IMG/VR virus record: IMGVR_UViG_3300009441_000021
Span: 1 to 31,780 of that record
From: a virus
Taxonomy: Duplodnaviria > Caudoviricetes
Reading direction: 5' to 3' (one strand)
DNA: 31,780 nt
Part shown: piece after piece, positions 16,343 through 26,329 of the stretch
How the letters are laid out: each line of letters begins with the position of its first letter
How positions within the stretch are numbered: the first letter of the stretch is position 1
The notes under the pieces: generated by a model
Told to the model about the DNA's origin: nothing
Databases searched by the model: none
The model's input: only the letters and a program-made list of their open reading frames with translations
Translations under genes and position numbers: made by a program

Positions 16343-17653
16343 ATGCAAAAATTAACTATAGATTCTCCGAGAGAATCAATATTGAATGCGGCACTCATGG
16401 GTGTTGAGTTTGAATTCTATTCTGATCTCGATCTAGAAGTAACCAGAAAATCTCTGGCAAAACTTCTAGATCGAAAGATTAGATTAGAAGATAAAGCACA
16501 TAGTGATTTTGAACCTTCAGCTGAAGAGTTTAAAATAGAACCAGATATGTCTGGTGGTAAAGGACTAGTAGAACTAGTGACTGGGCCAATCCCTTATAGA
16601 AACGCCAGAATAATGGTTATCAAAGTGCTTGATTGGATATCTAAGAATGGATATACTAATGATAGAGCATCAATACACATCAACCTATCATTTGATAAAA
16701 AATATCTAGAAGACCGAGACACTGTCTTGAAAATGAATGTTCTTAAATTCATTCTAGAGTTTGATGAACAACAAGTTTATAAGTTATTTCCTGAAAGAGA
16801 AAAATCTGCGTATGCAAAAAGTGTTAAATGGGTGATGCCAAAATGGGAATCATTTCATTTTGATGCCAATCAAGTAGCTTCTACTAATTTTAAATTTGCC
16901 GATACTAAATATTACGGAATAAACTTTTCTAAGAAGGAGAAGAATTATTTAGAGTTTAGATATATTGGTGGAGTTGATTATGAAAAGAAAGTTGATGATA
17001 TACTATATCTAACTGAGAGTTTTTTAATGCAAATGTGGAAATTATGTAATGATGCTAGATTTAGTAATGAAAATAAAATTGAACTTCAAAGAATTTTAAA
17101 TAGGAATAAACCTGTTTCTGATATGCTGAAAGATTACTCAGCAGTTACAAAGAATTGGCCAAATATACAAATACTGACCGATTTACAAGACAATCCCACA
17201 ATCATAAAGGTGCACTGGGAGAGGTTTAAATTGAGAGTAATGGATTTATTAGTAAATGGATCAATGACTGATGGTATTATTAATTATGACTCCGACTATG
17301 GTGCTGTTCAGATCAAGGATGGTAAATTTCCAACTGTATACTTTTTAGAGAATTTTGAATTTATTGATTGCGAAATAGCAGGAAATGTAGATAATTCAAG
17401 TTTTTATAATTGTGATATATCTGGATCAGCTATTAAGTGGGGTAGTTTATACCAAGGTACTAAAGTAAAAGAATCCAAGGTAGAATCTAGTTACACACAT
17501 GGTAGCTGTGAGTTAACTAATTGTTATGTTGCGGGTCGTGATACCATGTTTAAAGGTAAAATGATAGGCGGTATATTCAGAGAAGGTTTTATGACAAACA
17601 GTGCTAGATTTGAAGACACTGAAATAGTAGTAAGTAAAAAAATAAAAGAATAA
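16343..17653 (+). CDS. Putative amidoligase (COOH-NH2 ligase, Amidoligase_2-like) with C-terminal beta-helix-like repeats
   Basis: Motifs in family order: GVEFEF, PDMS, ELVTGP, SIHIN, KYYGINF, LEFR. Last ~110 aa show ~5-residue periodicity (IDCEI..VDNSSFYNCDISGSAI..VKESKVESSY..LTNCYV). Confidence 0.8.
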   Translation: MQKLTIDSPRESILNAALMGVEFEFYSDLDLEVTRKSLAKLLDRKIRLEDKAHSDFEPSAEEFKIEPDMSGGKGLVELVTGPIPYRNARIMVIKVLDWISKNGYTNDRASIHINLSFDKKYLEDRDTVLKMNVLKFILEFDEQQVYKLFPEREKSAYAKSVKWVMPKWESFHFDANQVASTNFKFADTKYYGINFSKKEKNYLEFRYIGGVDYEKKVDDILYLTESFLMQMWKLCNDARFSNENKIELQRILNRNKPVSDMLKDYSAVTKNWPNIQILTDLQDNPTIIKVHWERFKLRVMDLLVNGSMTDGIINYDSDYGAVQIKDGKFPTVYFLENFEFIDCEIAGNVDNSSFYNCDISGSAIKWGSLYQGTKVKESKVESSYTHGSCELTNCYVAGRDTMFKGKMIGGIFREGFMTNSARFEDTEIVVSKKIKE

Positions 17654-17654
17654 A

Positions 17655-18497
17655 ATGAGTGAAATTAGAAGCGGTTCGAATAATGATCTTACAACTGGAA
17701 GGTATTTTGATCCTAATTGTTTAAATGCATTTTTAGAAGAATTAGGTGATGACATTACCGGAGCATGTATGGTACCTATTAATTTACCACAAAAAGAAAT
17801 TATTAATATAATCAAAAGAGCTAAAAAATGGTTCTATAAGAAGTATGAGTATTCTGTAAAAGAAAACTATTACCATATACCACATTCTATATTTAGTACT
17901 GATTATTTTAAAAGTCGTAGAACACTTAATCTACCTGGCCCTAGTTTAGATGGTGGAGGTGGAGTATATTCAGTATATGGATTGTATGACCTTCAGTCAG
18001 GATGGAATGGCGGTGGAGGTGGAATGGATGTAAGATTCGATTCTGGTTCTGATTTTTCTATGGACAGAATGTTGTTTAGAGGAATGTATGAAGGTGGAGG
18101 AATGTCTGAAGCTGCGGAAGAATTACAATATTATGTATTGAATGCTTCTATGCAAGATTTAACTAGGCAAATATTAAACAATCCTATTTCTTATAGTTAC
18201 TCTAATTTAACTGGAGAATTAAAGTTCATGGGTGATACACCAAAAGGTGATGTTATATTAGAGTTATATGAAACTATACCTGATTGCGCGCTATATTCCG
18301 ATGAAATATTCTTCAGATATGTTAGTGCTAAAGTAAAACAATCTATTGGTTCTAAATTAGCGATCTTCAAGTTTGCGTTACCAGGTAATGTAGATTTTGA
18401 TTATGATGCTATTAAATCAATGGGTGACGATGAATTATCTGCAATTGATGAAGAGATCAAGGGCGATGAAGGCGTTGACTGGATGATGCATTCGTAA
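17655..18497 (+). CDS. Neck/head-completion protein, T4 gp13-like
   Basis: IIKRAKKWF near the N-terminus; C-terminal RYVSAKVKQSIGSKLAIFKFALPGNVDFDYDAIKSMGDDELSAIDEEI matches the gp13 pattern Y..A..K..G..L.KF...LPGGV.......A..E...LEEE. Confidence 0.8.
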   Translation: MSEIRSGSNNDLTTGRYFDPNCLNAFLEELGDDITGACMVPINLPQKEIINIIKRAKKWFYKKYEYSVKENYYHIPHSIFSTDYFKSRRTLNLPGPSLDGGGGVYSVYGLYDLQSGWNGGGGGMDVRFDSGSDFSMDRMLFRGMYEGGGMSEAAEELQYYVLNASMQDLTRQILNNPISYSYSNLTGELKFMGDTPKGDVILELYETIPDCALYSDEIFFRYVSAKVKQSIGSKLAIFKFALPGNVDFDYDAIKSMGDDELSAIDEEIKGDEGVDWMMHS

Positions 18498-18506
18498 ATA
18501 AATAGA

Positions 18507-18514
18507 GATACATA
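18507..18514 (+). promoter_or_regulatory. Late-box variant GATACATA (similar TATACATA at 18882-18889)
   Basis: ATACATAAATAA precedes both the gp25-like and gp6-like starts. Confidence 0.35.
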
Positions 18515-18519
18515 AATAA

Positions 18520-18876
18520 ATGGAATTATATATAAAATATCTCAGTGATCCTAACTATGACGAAACTCAAGTTCAGACTAATGATGAAATAGAAATGTTA
18601 ATCACACAGATTCAAACTGTTTTATTTACAAATACAGGTGAAGTTATGGGAAGTCATAATTTTGGTTGTAACTTGGAAGAACTTATATATGATTTTGGAT
18701 CTAGCGCACACAATATAAAAGCTGTAATTACAGATCAATTGAATCAATATTGTCCACTTGCTAGTAAATATAACTTGGAAGTTAAGATAGATTTTGTAAA
18801 AGGTGAGGTTAGGGATATGGCTTTCATAGATATTACGATAGATAGTAGATATGCTATAAAAATAAGCATGCAGTAA
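18520..18876 (+). CDS. Baseplate wedge subunit / sheath initiator, T4 gp25-like
   Basis: QIQTVLFTNTGEVMGSHNFGCNLEELIYD...ITDQLNQYCP matches the gp25/GPW signature; 118 aa; directly upstream of gp6-like gene. Confidence 0.88.
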   Translation: MELYIKYLSDPNYDETQVQTNDEIEMLITQIQTVLFTNTGEVMGSHNFGCNLEELIYDFGSSAHNIKAVITDQLNQYCPLASKYNLEVKIDFVKGEVRDMAFIDITIDSRYAIKISMQ

Positions 18877-18893
18877 AAAAGTATACATAAATA

Positions 18894-20723
18894 ATGGCAG
18901 AATTAAAATTTTTAAGTACAATTAGAACCGGAGCAAATGCCATAAAGGCAGATGCTAGGACGTATATTTCTAGGGTTTACAACAGGGCAGAAACCCTGTT
19001 TACCGTTGCATCGCCGTTCGCTCAGATAGTAAGTGTCTTATCAGAAATGATGGATCTTATTATGTTCTATATAGAGGATTCTGTTGTAGAACAAAACATA
19101 TACACTGCTCAACAGCCCGAGTCAATATATGGTATGTCTAGATTAACTGGTCATGATGCTACAAGAGGTTTTGCATCAACTGGTGAAATTACATTTAGAT
19201 GGAAGCCCGGTGCAGATATGGTAAAGATTGCTGGAAATACATTAAATATAGAAGGTAGATCAAAACTTAAATTCGAAGCAAATGGTTTAACTTATACATT
19301 ATTAAATTCAGTAGATAGATATAAATTACAAAAAACAAATTACAGTTCATTTAAAACTGCTATCATTCAGGGTGAATTTGAATCACAAACTGTAACGTCT
19401 AATGGTAACAAATTACAATCATTTAATATAAATACCGGTGGAATAACTGATCACAGTAAAGTCAGTGTCAGCATTAACGGTGAAAAATGGATGAAGCATG
19501 AATCTCTATATGATTTGTTATCTAATGAAAAGGCATATTTAATTAAAACCGGAATTAGCGGAGGATTAGATCTTTATTTTGGAAATGGTTCTTTTGGTAT
19601 GATTCCGCCGTTAGGCGCTAGTATTGAAGTAGAATATGTAAAACACGTTGGTCTTGCCGGTAATTTAGATGATTCACCAGATTTAGCAATCAAATGGGAT
19701 GGATCTGGTACAGATTCAAACGGAACAGAACATGATTTGAATGAATTTTTAGATGTGACTATTACTTCTTCACCTAAAATGGGTAGTGATAGAGAAAATA
19801 CAAAATTCACTAAAATAATGACACCATTGGCTAGTAAATCATTCGTACTAGCAACACCAGATAATTATGAATACTTCTTATCAAGATACAACATGTTTTC
19901 GTACATAGATGCATATAACACAACGGATGATCAATACCTGGATGACGATAATGTTATTTATATTTTCGCAGTACCTGATATTAAAAAGAAATTATCTAAA
20001 AATCAAGATTATTTTAGCATGCCTCAGGAAGAAATGTTCTTTGATCAAAGTGAATATGATGCGATGCAAAAAGTACTTGAAGATAGCGGACAACAAATGG
20101 TAACTACAGAAGTTGTATTTGTTAAACCAAAGGTAAGGTATTATAGCATTGACATCAATATTAGGTATTTCGAAGGTTATACTAGGGATGAAATTTATAC
20201 AAGTGTTAGAACTAAACTTTCAGATTATTTACTAAACATCACTCGAAGAGATAAATTGCCTAAATCCGATATCATTTATATATTGGAGGATGTTGCTGGA
20301 ATCGATGCGGTAAATGTTAAGTTTATTTCAGAGACAGAGGAGACAGCTTTAAAGAATGGATATTTTGAATCTATTAACGTTAGTGTTATTCCACAAGAAC
20401 CAGTAACGTTGGAGACTGTTGGTAATGGAAAACAAAAATATGTTTTCTTTAAGAAAATAGAAGATATAAAAGTGGTTCCTGTTGATAAGTCAATTGATAT
20501 ACCATATAGTGTAAAAGGTCTAGACCAGTGGGGAGATATTATTATGGATAAAGAAGAGGTTGCAGTATTCAGAGGTGGATGGCAAGATAGAGATGGAGAT
20601 GTAATAGAGGATGATGTATTAATAAATGCTGAAGCAGCAATTAGTATAAATTTTGAATCAAATCCTGTTCCTAGAACAATCTACACTAGAGTACAGGCTG
20701 GAAATAGAAAGGCACTTAAATAA
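18894..20723 (+). CDS. Baseplate wedge protein, T4 gp6 / baseplate-J-like
   Basis: EQNIYTAQQPESIYGMSRLTGH; LYFGNGSFGMIPPLGASIEVEY...G..GN; GSDRE; LATPDNYE; VAGIDAVNV. Confidence 0.88.
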   Translation: MAELKFLSTIRTGANAIKADARTYISRVYNRAETLFTVASPFAQIVSVLSEMMDLIMFYIEDSVVEQNIYTAQQPESIYGMSRLTGHDATRGFASTGEITFRWKPGADMVKIAGNTLNIEGRSKLKFEANGLTYTLLNSVDRYKLQKTNYSSFKTAIIQGEFESQTVTSNGNKLQSFNINTGGITDHSKVSVSINGEKWMKHESLYDLLSNEKAYLIKTGISGGLDLYFGNGSFGMIPPLGASIEVEYVKHVGLAGNLDDSPDLAIKWDGSGTDSNGTEHDLNEFLDVTITSSPKMGSDRENTKFTKIMTPLASKSFVLATPDNYEYFLSRYNMFSYIDAYNTTDDQYLDDDNVIYIFAVPDIKKKLSKNQDYFSMPQEEMFFDQSEYDAMQKVLEDSGQQMVTTEVVFVKPKVRYYSIDINIRYFEGYTRDEIYTSVRTKLSDYLLNITRRDKLPKSDIIYILEDVAGIDAVNVKFISETEETALKNGYFESINVSVIPQEPVTLETVGNGKQKYVFFKKIEDIKVVPVDKSIDIPYSVKGLDQWGDIIMDKEEVAVFRGGWQDRDGDVIEDDVLINAEAAISINFESNPVPRTIYTRVQAGNRKALK

Positions 20724-21007
20724 TGGGATTATTTACAAATTTATTTAAATATAAGCAAGGTCGAAGATATGATTCTGCGAAGACTAGAAAAGATAGTAGA
20801 TTGAATGATGGTTATGACTATGAAAATGAGTTAGCACCTGGTGAATTCATGGGAAGATCTCTTTCTGGTCACATTCAAAGAAATCAAACAATGAGACATT
20901 TTTTAGTGTTTTTAGATGATGCTATTAAAAACCTTTTAAAAGGCGCAAGATATTTGCATAATTATAAAAATTACACGGTCGATCAAAATACAAAGAAAAC
21001 TAGATAA
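20723..21007 (+). CDS. Small hypothetical baseplate-associated protein (94 aa)
   Basis: TAATG-coupled to both neighbours. Confidence 0.7.
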   Translation: MGLFTNLFKYKQGRRYDSAKTRKDSRLNDGYDYENELAPGEFMGRSLSGHIQRNQTMRHFLVFLDDAIKNLLKGARYLHNYKNYTVDQNTKKTR

Positions 21008-23748
21008 TGTATAATAACTTAAGATTTTTTAAAGGAACAGACTATGATTTAAATTTCACTAAGAATTCTTCTGGTGTATTTAAGGGTACTGTTTACCTAC
21101 CAGAAGTTTCTGAGGGCTTATATGAAACTATTAATTTGTTTATATTAGAAGAGTGCCAACTACTAGGTGATCCTATTATAAATTTTCCAGTTGCTGAAAC
21201 TTCAAATGACGAAAAGTTTTTATTTGAGTGGAATGAAGAGGGACAAGTTGGTAGTAAAGATATTATCATGTATGAGATTGATAATACTGGTAACCTTCCA
21301 GTTATTAAAGAACTAAAATCACAAAAAACTAATTTAGTTGATTCTAGTAAAATAGCGGCGTATGATACTGGAGTAAAGCAATTATTAGAACAAGACAACA
21401 CCGCAATACAAATTAATATTACATTAAATTCATCTACTGCCGGACCACATATTAGAAATCTAAATGTGTATAGCGAATCTGTGGGCATTAAGACTCTCAT
21501 AGCTGTGATAGAAATCTATGGAGAAGTCGTTGCTGAAGATGAAAGATTAAAAGTACTTTTACAGAATTTTGGAGCTACATTGAGTGAGTCAGATTTTATG
21601 TTATTTAAAGATCATGATATCAGTGAGATGTCTCCTGATTTTCAGTTGTTAAATAGAAAGAGAAAAGAATTACTTTTAGAATTACATAACATTAAACCAT
21701 TTGTCGGTACATATAAAGCAGTACTAAACGCAATTGATTTCTTTGGTTATGATAAGATTACTTTAAAAGAGTATTGGTTAAATATTAATAATTCAGTTAA
21801 GAATTTCGGTAAGTTATTTGCGGTACCAGTACCACATTCATCAGTTAGAGGTGAAGCTACTAGGAAGAAATTACCTTTTAAATTACCTTCTAATACTATG
21901 AAAAAGACTAGTAAGTTTAGTCTTGTTTATAGATTAAACGAACCTAATGGTACGTTTGATCATTGGGATATTCCAAATGTGGATGAGGTATTTGATTATA
22001 CACCAGAAGAAGTTTTAATTAAACTATATGGTTTAAAGGCTAAATTACATAAAGAATATCTACCACTTCAGGCTAAAATTATAGATATTACAGCTGAAGG
22101 TGATTATTTTACACAAAGAAATATTAATGTATGGAATATTCAGAATGGTATAGATTACTTCAGTGAAGGACATGACATTAAATTTAGTGCATTTCCTAAT
22201 GATAGACAATTGTTTATAGAAGATATGTCTATGGTATTAAAACCTTCGCTAGATCAAAACGACGATGCATCTAATTATAATTTATTTCTAAATTTGGGAA
22301 TTGCTAATGAGGATACATTGGATACATCTGGTAGGACAGAACTAAAGGATATATTTAAGAAATTCTATGAAACGTATCATGATAGAGAATTACATTCATA
22401 TAACCCAAATATTCCTATTGGATGTCCAGTAATATTAGACGGTACTGAATCATTTGATGATATATGGGATGAAGCTATTTTCACATGGGAAGACGCACAT
22501 GATCCTAATGCTAATTTATTAGTAACTTGGGATAATTGGTGGAAATCATGGGTGTATGAGATAGAATGGATAGTTACTAGCAAAGACCGAGGGTTTAATG
22601 AGACATATAGAGGTGCGATAGATGACTACTTGGTGCTTCCGTTGATATTACCATATGCTGATGTATATACAGTAGAGATGAGAACTTATGATCTATTTGG
22701 ACACAGATCTCATTATAGAATGGATGATTTAATCGATATTAAATTAAAGCAATTAGAGTTATACGGAATATACAAGTGGCTAGAATACGATACATGGGAC
22801 AACAAGAAATTACCATGGTCAAAGTCTGGTGGCTACTGGGACTCGCCTCAGGATAATAAAACAACAATAGATGAAGATATAGCAACTTTATATTTAACTC
22901 TTGACAGGGCAAACTATATTCATTTTGAAGAGGATCAAGGCATTAGGTTTTCAACTGTACGAAGATATGTAGACACATACGCGGAAGTTGGATTTAGTGA
23001 AACCACTGGACCATATACATGGGACGAATCTTCATTCAATTGGTCTGATACAGTACACTTAGCGTGGGATTATATGAGGATTGGACCTGATTTAGCTGCG
23101 AGTTTTAAAATAAACGATATAAGAAATAGCGAAAAGTTATTTATTAAATATAGAAATCCAACAACTGGTCTTATTGAAATAGGTGAACATGTTATACAAA
23201 ATGCTACACCAACTACGGTCAATGACGTTAATGGATGGAAACAGATAATGGATGAGTTAAATGCAAGTACAGATCCTATAATTAGCAAATTTAATTACAA
23301 TGCAGTATTTGAAGATGTAGATGACAATGACATAAGCGATGTGTTTAGGTTTATTTTAGCGGTTGGGTGGGAGTATTCTAGAACTCATGATTTTGAAGAG
23401 GCTGGTATTAAGGCTTTTATTGGTTCTAATTCTAATATAAGTGGAGAGAATCATGTAAAACATTATAACCCAACACATGATGATACTCGTGTTTTTAGTG
23501 ATTATGCAGAAATTGAAAAATCTACGCATGTCACTATATCTACTGATATTTCTAAGTTTCCTGGTAGTAAAAATGCAAAATGGACCATCACTAATATAAC
23601 TAACCCAGAAATCACTGATATATACTATAATAATATGTGGCTGACGTACATCTTTAAAGAACCTGGAGACTATTCAATTCAGTTAGAAGCGGAAGATACA
23701 CATGGCAATAAAAACCTTGTAAAAAGGAACATGTTAAAAGTAAAATAA
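21007..23748 (+). CDS. Large baseplate wedge protein (gp7/P2 gpI-like core) with PKD/Ig-like domains and Trp repeats
   Basis: KPFVGTYKAVLNAIDFFGY...LKEYW resembles the KGT...(I/L)..FG wedge motif; C-terminal WTI...LTYIFKEPGDYSIQLEAED is PKD-like; follows gp6. Confidence 0.6.
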   Translation: MYNNLRFFKGTDYDLNFTKNSSGVFKGTVYLPEVSEGLYETINLFILEECQLLGDPIINFPVAETSNDEKFLFEWNEEGQVGSKDIIMYEIDNTGNLPVIKELKSQKTNLVDSSKIAAYDTGVKQLLEQDNTAIQINITLNSSTAGPHIRNLNVYSESVGIKTLIAVIEIYGEVVAEDERLKVLLQNFGATLSESDFMLFKDHDISEMSPDFQLLNRKRKELLLELHNIKPFVGTYKAVLNAIDFFGYDKITLKEYWLNINNSVKNFGKLFAVPVPHSSVRGEATRKKLPFKLPSNTMKKTSKFSLVYRLNEPNGTFDHWDIPNVDEVFDYTPEEVLIKLYGLKAKLHKEYLPLQAKIIDITAEGDYFTQRNINVWNIQNGIDYFSEGHDIKFSAFPNDRQLFIEDMSMVLKPSLDQNDDASNYNLFLNLGIANEDTLDTSGRTELKDIFKKFYETYHDRELHSYNPNIPIGCPVILDGTESFDDIWDEAIFTWEDAHDPNANLLVTWDNWWKSWVYEIEWIVTSKDRGFNETYRGAIDDYLVLPLILPYADVYTVEMRTYDLFGHRSHYRMDDLIDIKLKQLELYGIYKWLEYDTWDNKKLPWSKSGGYWDSPQDNKTTIDEDIATLYLTLDRANYIHFEEDQGIRFSTVRRYVDTYAEVGFSETTGPYTWDESSFNWSDTVHLAWDYMRIGPDLAASFKINDIRNSEKLFIKYRNPTTGLIEIGEHVIQNATPTTVNDVNGWKQIMDELNASTDPIISKFNYNAVFEDVDDNDISDVFRFILAVGWEYSRTHDFEEAGIKAFIGSNSNISGENHVKHYNPTHDDTRVFSDYAEIEKSTHVTISTDISKFPGSKNAKWTITNITNPEITDIYYNNMWLTYIFKEPGDYSIQLEAEDTHGNKNLVKRNMLKVK

Positions 23749-23762
23749 TAAAAACAATAAAA

Positions 23763-24368
23763 ATGGCAAACATTACTGAAATTTTAGGAACTGACTCAGT
23801 TTCTGCATCGAGACCACTCATTAATAGTAACTTTGAGTTATTAAATGATGAATTAGCATCGGTTACCGCACTATTAAATCCAACTACACTATCACTGTCA
23901 GGTTTGGCAAGTATTAGTACTTCAACGTTAAGCGTTACACAAGGTGGAGTAAATCTTTTGTTAGTAAATAGTTTAGGAGCTACATTTGATACTGCAGTTA
24001 CTTTTGCGAGTAGTGCTAAATTAGGAGGCACATTAATTAAAAGTGGAGCTTTAGGGACTTTCGCAGTACCTACTACACAGGTTACACCATCCTCAATTAC
24101 TGCAATAACGTATATTGTTAGTAGTAATTTTACATTACCAGAAGCAGTGGATGGTCAAGAGTTGACAGTCATTAATGCAAATGAAAATTCTATATCATTA
24201 TTAACATCAAATGGCGTATTCTTAGGTGCAGGATCAATCGCATTGGCTGGAAAAAATTCAACAGTAACATTAAGATGTTTTAATAACACATGGTATGTTA
24301 TTTCATCGTACGATACAGCGTCGTCTTCTACTGGAAGCAGTAACGGAGCAGGTGTTGCAACAATATAA
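23763..24368 (+). CDS. Short trimeric baseplate/fiber-attachment protein (T4 gp9/gp10-like)
   Basis: N-terminal DSVSASRPLINSNFELL coiled segment; C-terminal FTLPEAVDGQELTVIN...STVTLRCFNNTWYVI beta-sandwich pattern. Confidence 0.55.
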   Translation: MANITEILGTDSVSASRPLINSNFELLNDELASVTALLNPTTLSLSGLASISTSTLSVTQGGVNLLLVNSLGATFDTAVTFASSAKLGGTLIKSGALGTFAVPTTQVTPSSITAITYIVSSNFTLPEAVDGQELTVINANENSISLLTSNGVFLGAGSIALAGKNSTVTLRCFNNTWYVISSYDTASSSTGSSNGAGVATI

Positions 24369-24371
24369 ATA
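24364..24371 (+). promoter_or_regulatory. TATAAATA, identical to the T4 late box
   Basis: Overlaps the stop of the upstream gene and begins 27 nt before ATG 24391; could be chance in AT-rich DNA. Confidence 0.35.
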
Positions 24372-24390
24372 AATAAAATTTAAAGAATAG

Positions 24391-26328
24391 ATGGCAACTC
24401 CTCTAGTTAGAATACCGCAGCCCATGGGTGGCACAATGTATGCTTTTGCTTCTTCAGCAAGAGACATGACTAGAGCTTTTAACAGTTCAGATTTAAATTT
24501 TGAGTTTAGTAAATATGCTTTATTAGATCTTCCGGATTTTACTGATTCAGTTAACGGTTCTAACACAATAGATTTCGAAACAAACCTTAAGCAGCCTTCG
24601 GGTCAAGCATACGTTGCTGGAATGCCTAATGTAGATTTCGCACAAACATTTCAGAACTACGCATTAAACTTGGAAGAATTGTTATTGAAAGATGACGATT
24701 ATGATCCAATATTATTACAATCAGATGCTGAAAAGGTATTCTTTAAATGGTTAAGTTCGCTAGGAGCTGTTGATTTTATTGCAGCAGATTCTAATCAAAC
24801 TCAATTAGGTAATTATACTGAAAAGGTAAATGGAACATTTGCTAGTGAAAATTACGATAGAATTGTAAAGTACTTAGGTACAATTGATGTAGAAAATGAT
24901 GTTGCATATCAAGGTAACACATATCATGAGGTTTATATAAACGTTCCTACTTCGGTAGGTTATACGCCAACTGTTTTATTTAAACCAACAAACTACAACA
25001 CAACCGCAACTAAATTATATGCAGCTGATTATATAAAGGGCAGAGAGGGACAAACACACCCTGATCCTAATATAAATATTGATGCAGTGGTTGATGAATA
25101 CGCAACTAATAGCGGACCATATTATGATGTTAGAACAAATGGTACAAATAGTGTTGGTATACAATTCGACGCAAACGCTTATGAAGAGATTAACACCAAT
25201 CCTGATGTTGAATCTTTATTAGATTTTGCTAAAAAAGGTCAAAAGTTTACATTTAATGCAATTCTTGTTTACTATGATCTATATAGTGAATCTATACCTG
25301 CAAATAGAGCAACCAACTTATATGGTATTTTAATATTAGATGATATACAAGATGCATATGGACCTGGTTCTAAGATCAATGAACAAATTAAATATAAACC
25401 AAACGAAGTTACTGGACTAAATGGTAACGCGTTCTCTTTAAAATTAAATTTAAAGTTTAATTCTTCATTAGATAATGTTGGAGTTGAAACTAGTGTAAAT
25501 GATTTTACAACGTTCTCCATGGATTTATTTATGGATACAACAACCGCATTAGAAAATGCAACAGAACTTTTAATACAGGCAAATAATAGATATAATTCAA
25601 TAGTTACTAGACTGGACAGTATAGAGAATTTAGTTACTGCAACAGAAGATGGAGCAGCTCTTACTTCTAGGATAAAGTCATTGGAAGATGAATTTCAAAA
25701 TACATCGATACAATTAGCTGATTCAGATTCTCTTTTACAATTGATCAGCAAAGCACATAATAAAATCAACTCATTAATAGATGGGACTATTCCAGTAGAA
25801 TTACAATACAACACTGATGTTATATTCGCTGGAAAGGGTACAGAAATAGATAAAACAATTGCTAATAAAATTAAAATTAATAGCACAGTTGACGGTTATG
25901 CATTAAACGATGTATTTTTATGGAATATTCCAGGAAAGGTAATAGCCACTCAATTATCAACAAGCTTGCCGTTTGATGCAGGCGTATTGGGGAGTGGATC
26001 ATCTAAGTTTGCTATATGGTCTAAGCTTAGTTTATTTTCTAATAGATTAAGTCTTAAAGGTTTAATATCTTCTGATCCGGAAAGTAATCTTAATATATAC
26101 ATTGACGATAGTGTTGTCTCTTGGAAAACAGGACAAGCATTTAAGATTACATTTGATACAATCAATATGACAGGAAATAACATAAAAATCTGGACTGGTA
26201 CATCATCTGGATTTGATAAATTAATAGCTGATATTGATGGAACACAATTAATAACAAACAAACCATATATTGAATTAGTGTGTACTGATTACACTAACTA
26301 TCAATTTGAAGCCGATATATTAAGATAA
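24391..26328 (+). CDS. Putative virion structural protein (645 aa) with central coiled coil
   Basis: Long ORF in the baseplate cluster; heptad-like segment ALENATELLIQANNRYNSIVTRLDSIENL...RIKSLEDEF. Confidence 0.65.
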   Translation: MATPLVRIPQPMGGTMYAFASSARDMTRAFNSSDLNFEFSKYALLDLPDFTDSVNGSNTIDFETNLKQPSGQAYVAGMPNVDFAQTFQNYALNLEELLLKDDDYDPILLQSDAEKVFFKWLSSLGAVDFIAADSNQTQLGNYTEKVNGTFASENYDRIVKYLGTIDVENDVAYQGNTYHEVYINVPTSVGYTPTVLFKPTNYNTTATKLYAADYIKGREGQTHPDPNINIDAVVDEYATNSGPYYDVRTNGTNSVGIQFDANAYEEINTNPDVESLLDFAKKGQKFTFNAILVYYDLYSESIPANRATNLYGILILDDIQDAYGPGSKINEQIKYKPNEVTGLNGNAFSLKLNLKFNSSLDNVGVETSVNDFTTFSMDLFMDTTTALENATELLIQANNRYNSIVTRLDSIENLVTATEDGAALTSRIKSLEDEFQNTSIQLADSDSLLQLISKAHNKINSLIDGTIPVELQYNTDVIFAGKGTEIDKTIANKIKINSTVDGYALNDVFLWNIPGKVIATQLSTSLPFDAGVLGSGSSKFAIWSKLSLFSNRLSLKGLISSDPESNLNIYIDDSVVSWKTGQAFKITFDTINMTGNNIKIWTGTSSGFDKLIADIDGTQLITNKPYIELVCTDYTNYQFEADILR

Positions 26329-26329
26329 T

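Noticed and set aside
6199-23748. Bacterial contractile injection system (eCIS/T6SS/tailocin) instead of phage
   Set aside because: A gp13-like head-neck protein, T4-style late boxes, dCMP deaminase and phage-like small ORFs point to a phage; no T6SS membrane complex or eCIS ATPase recognised.
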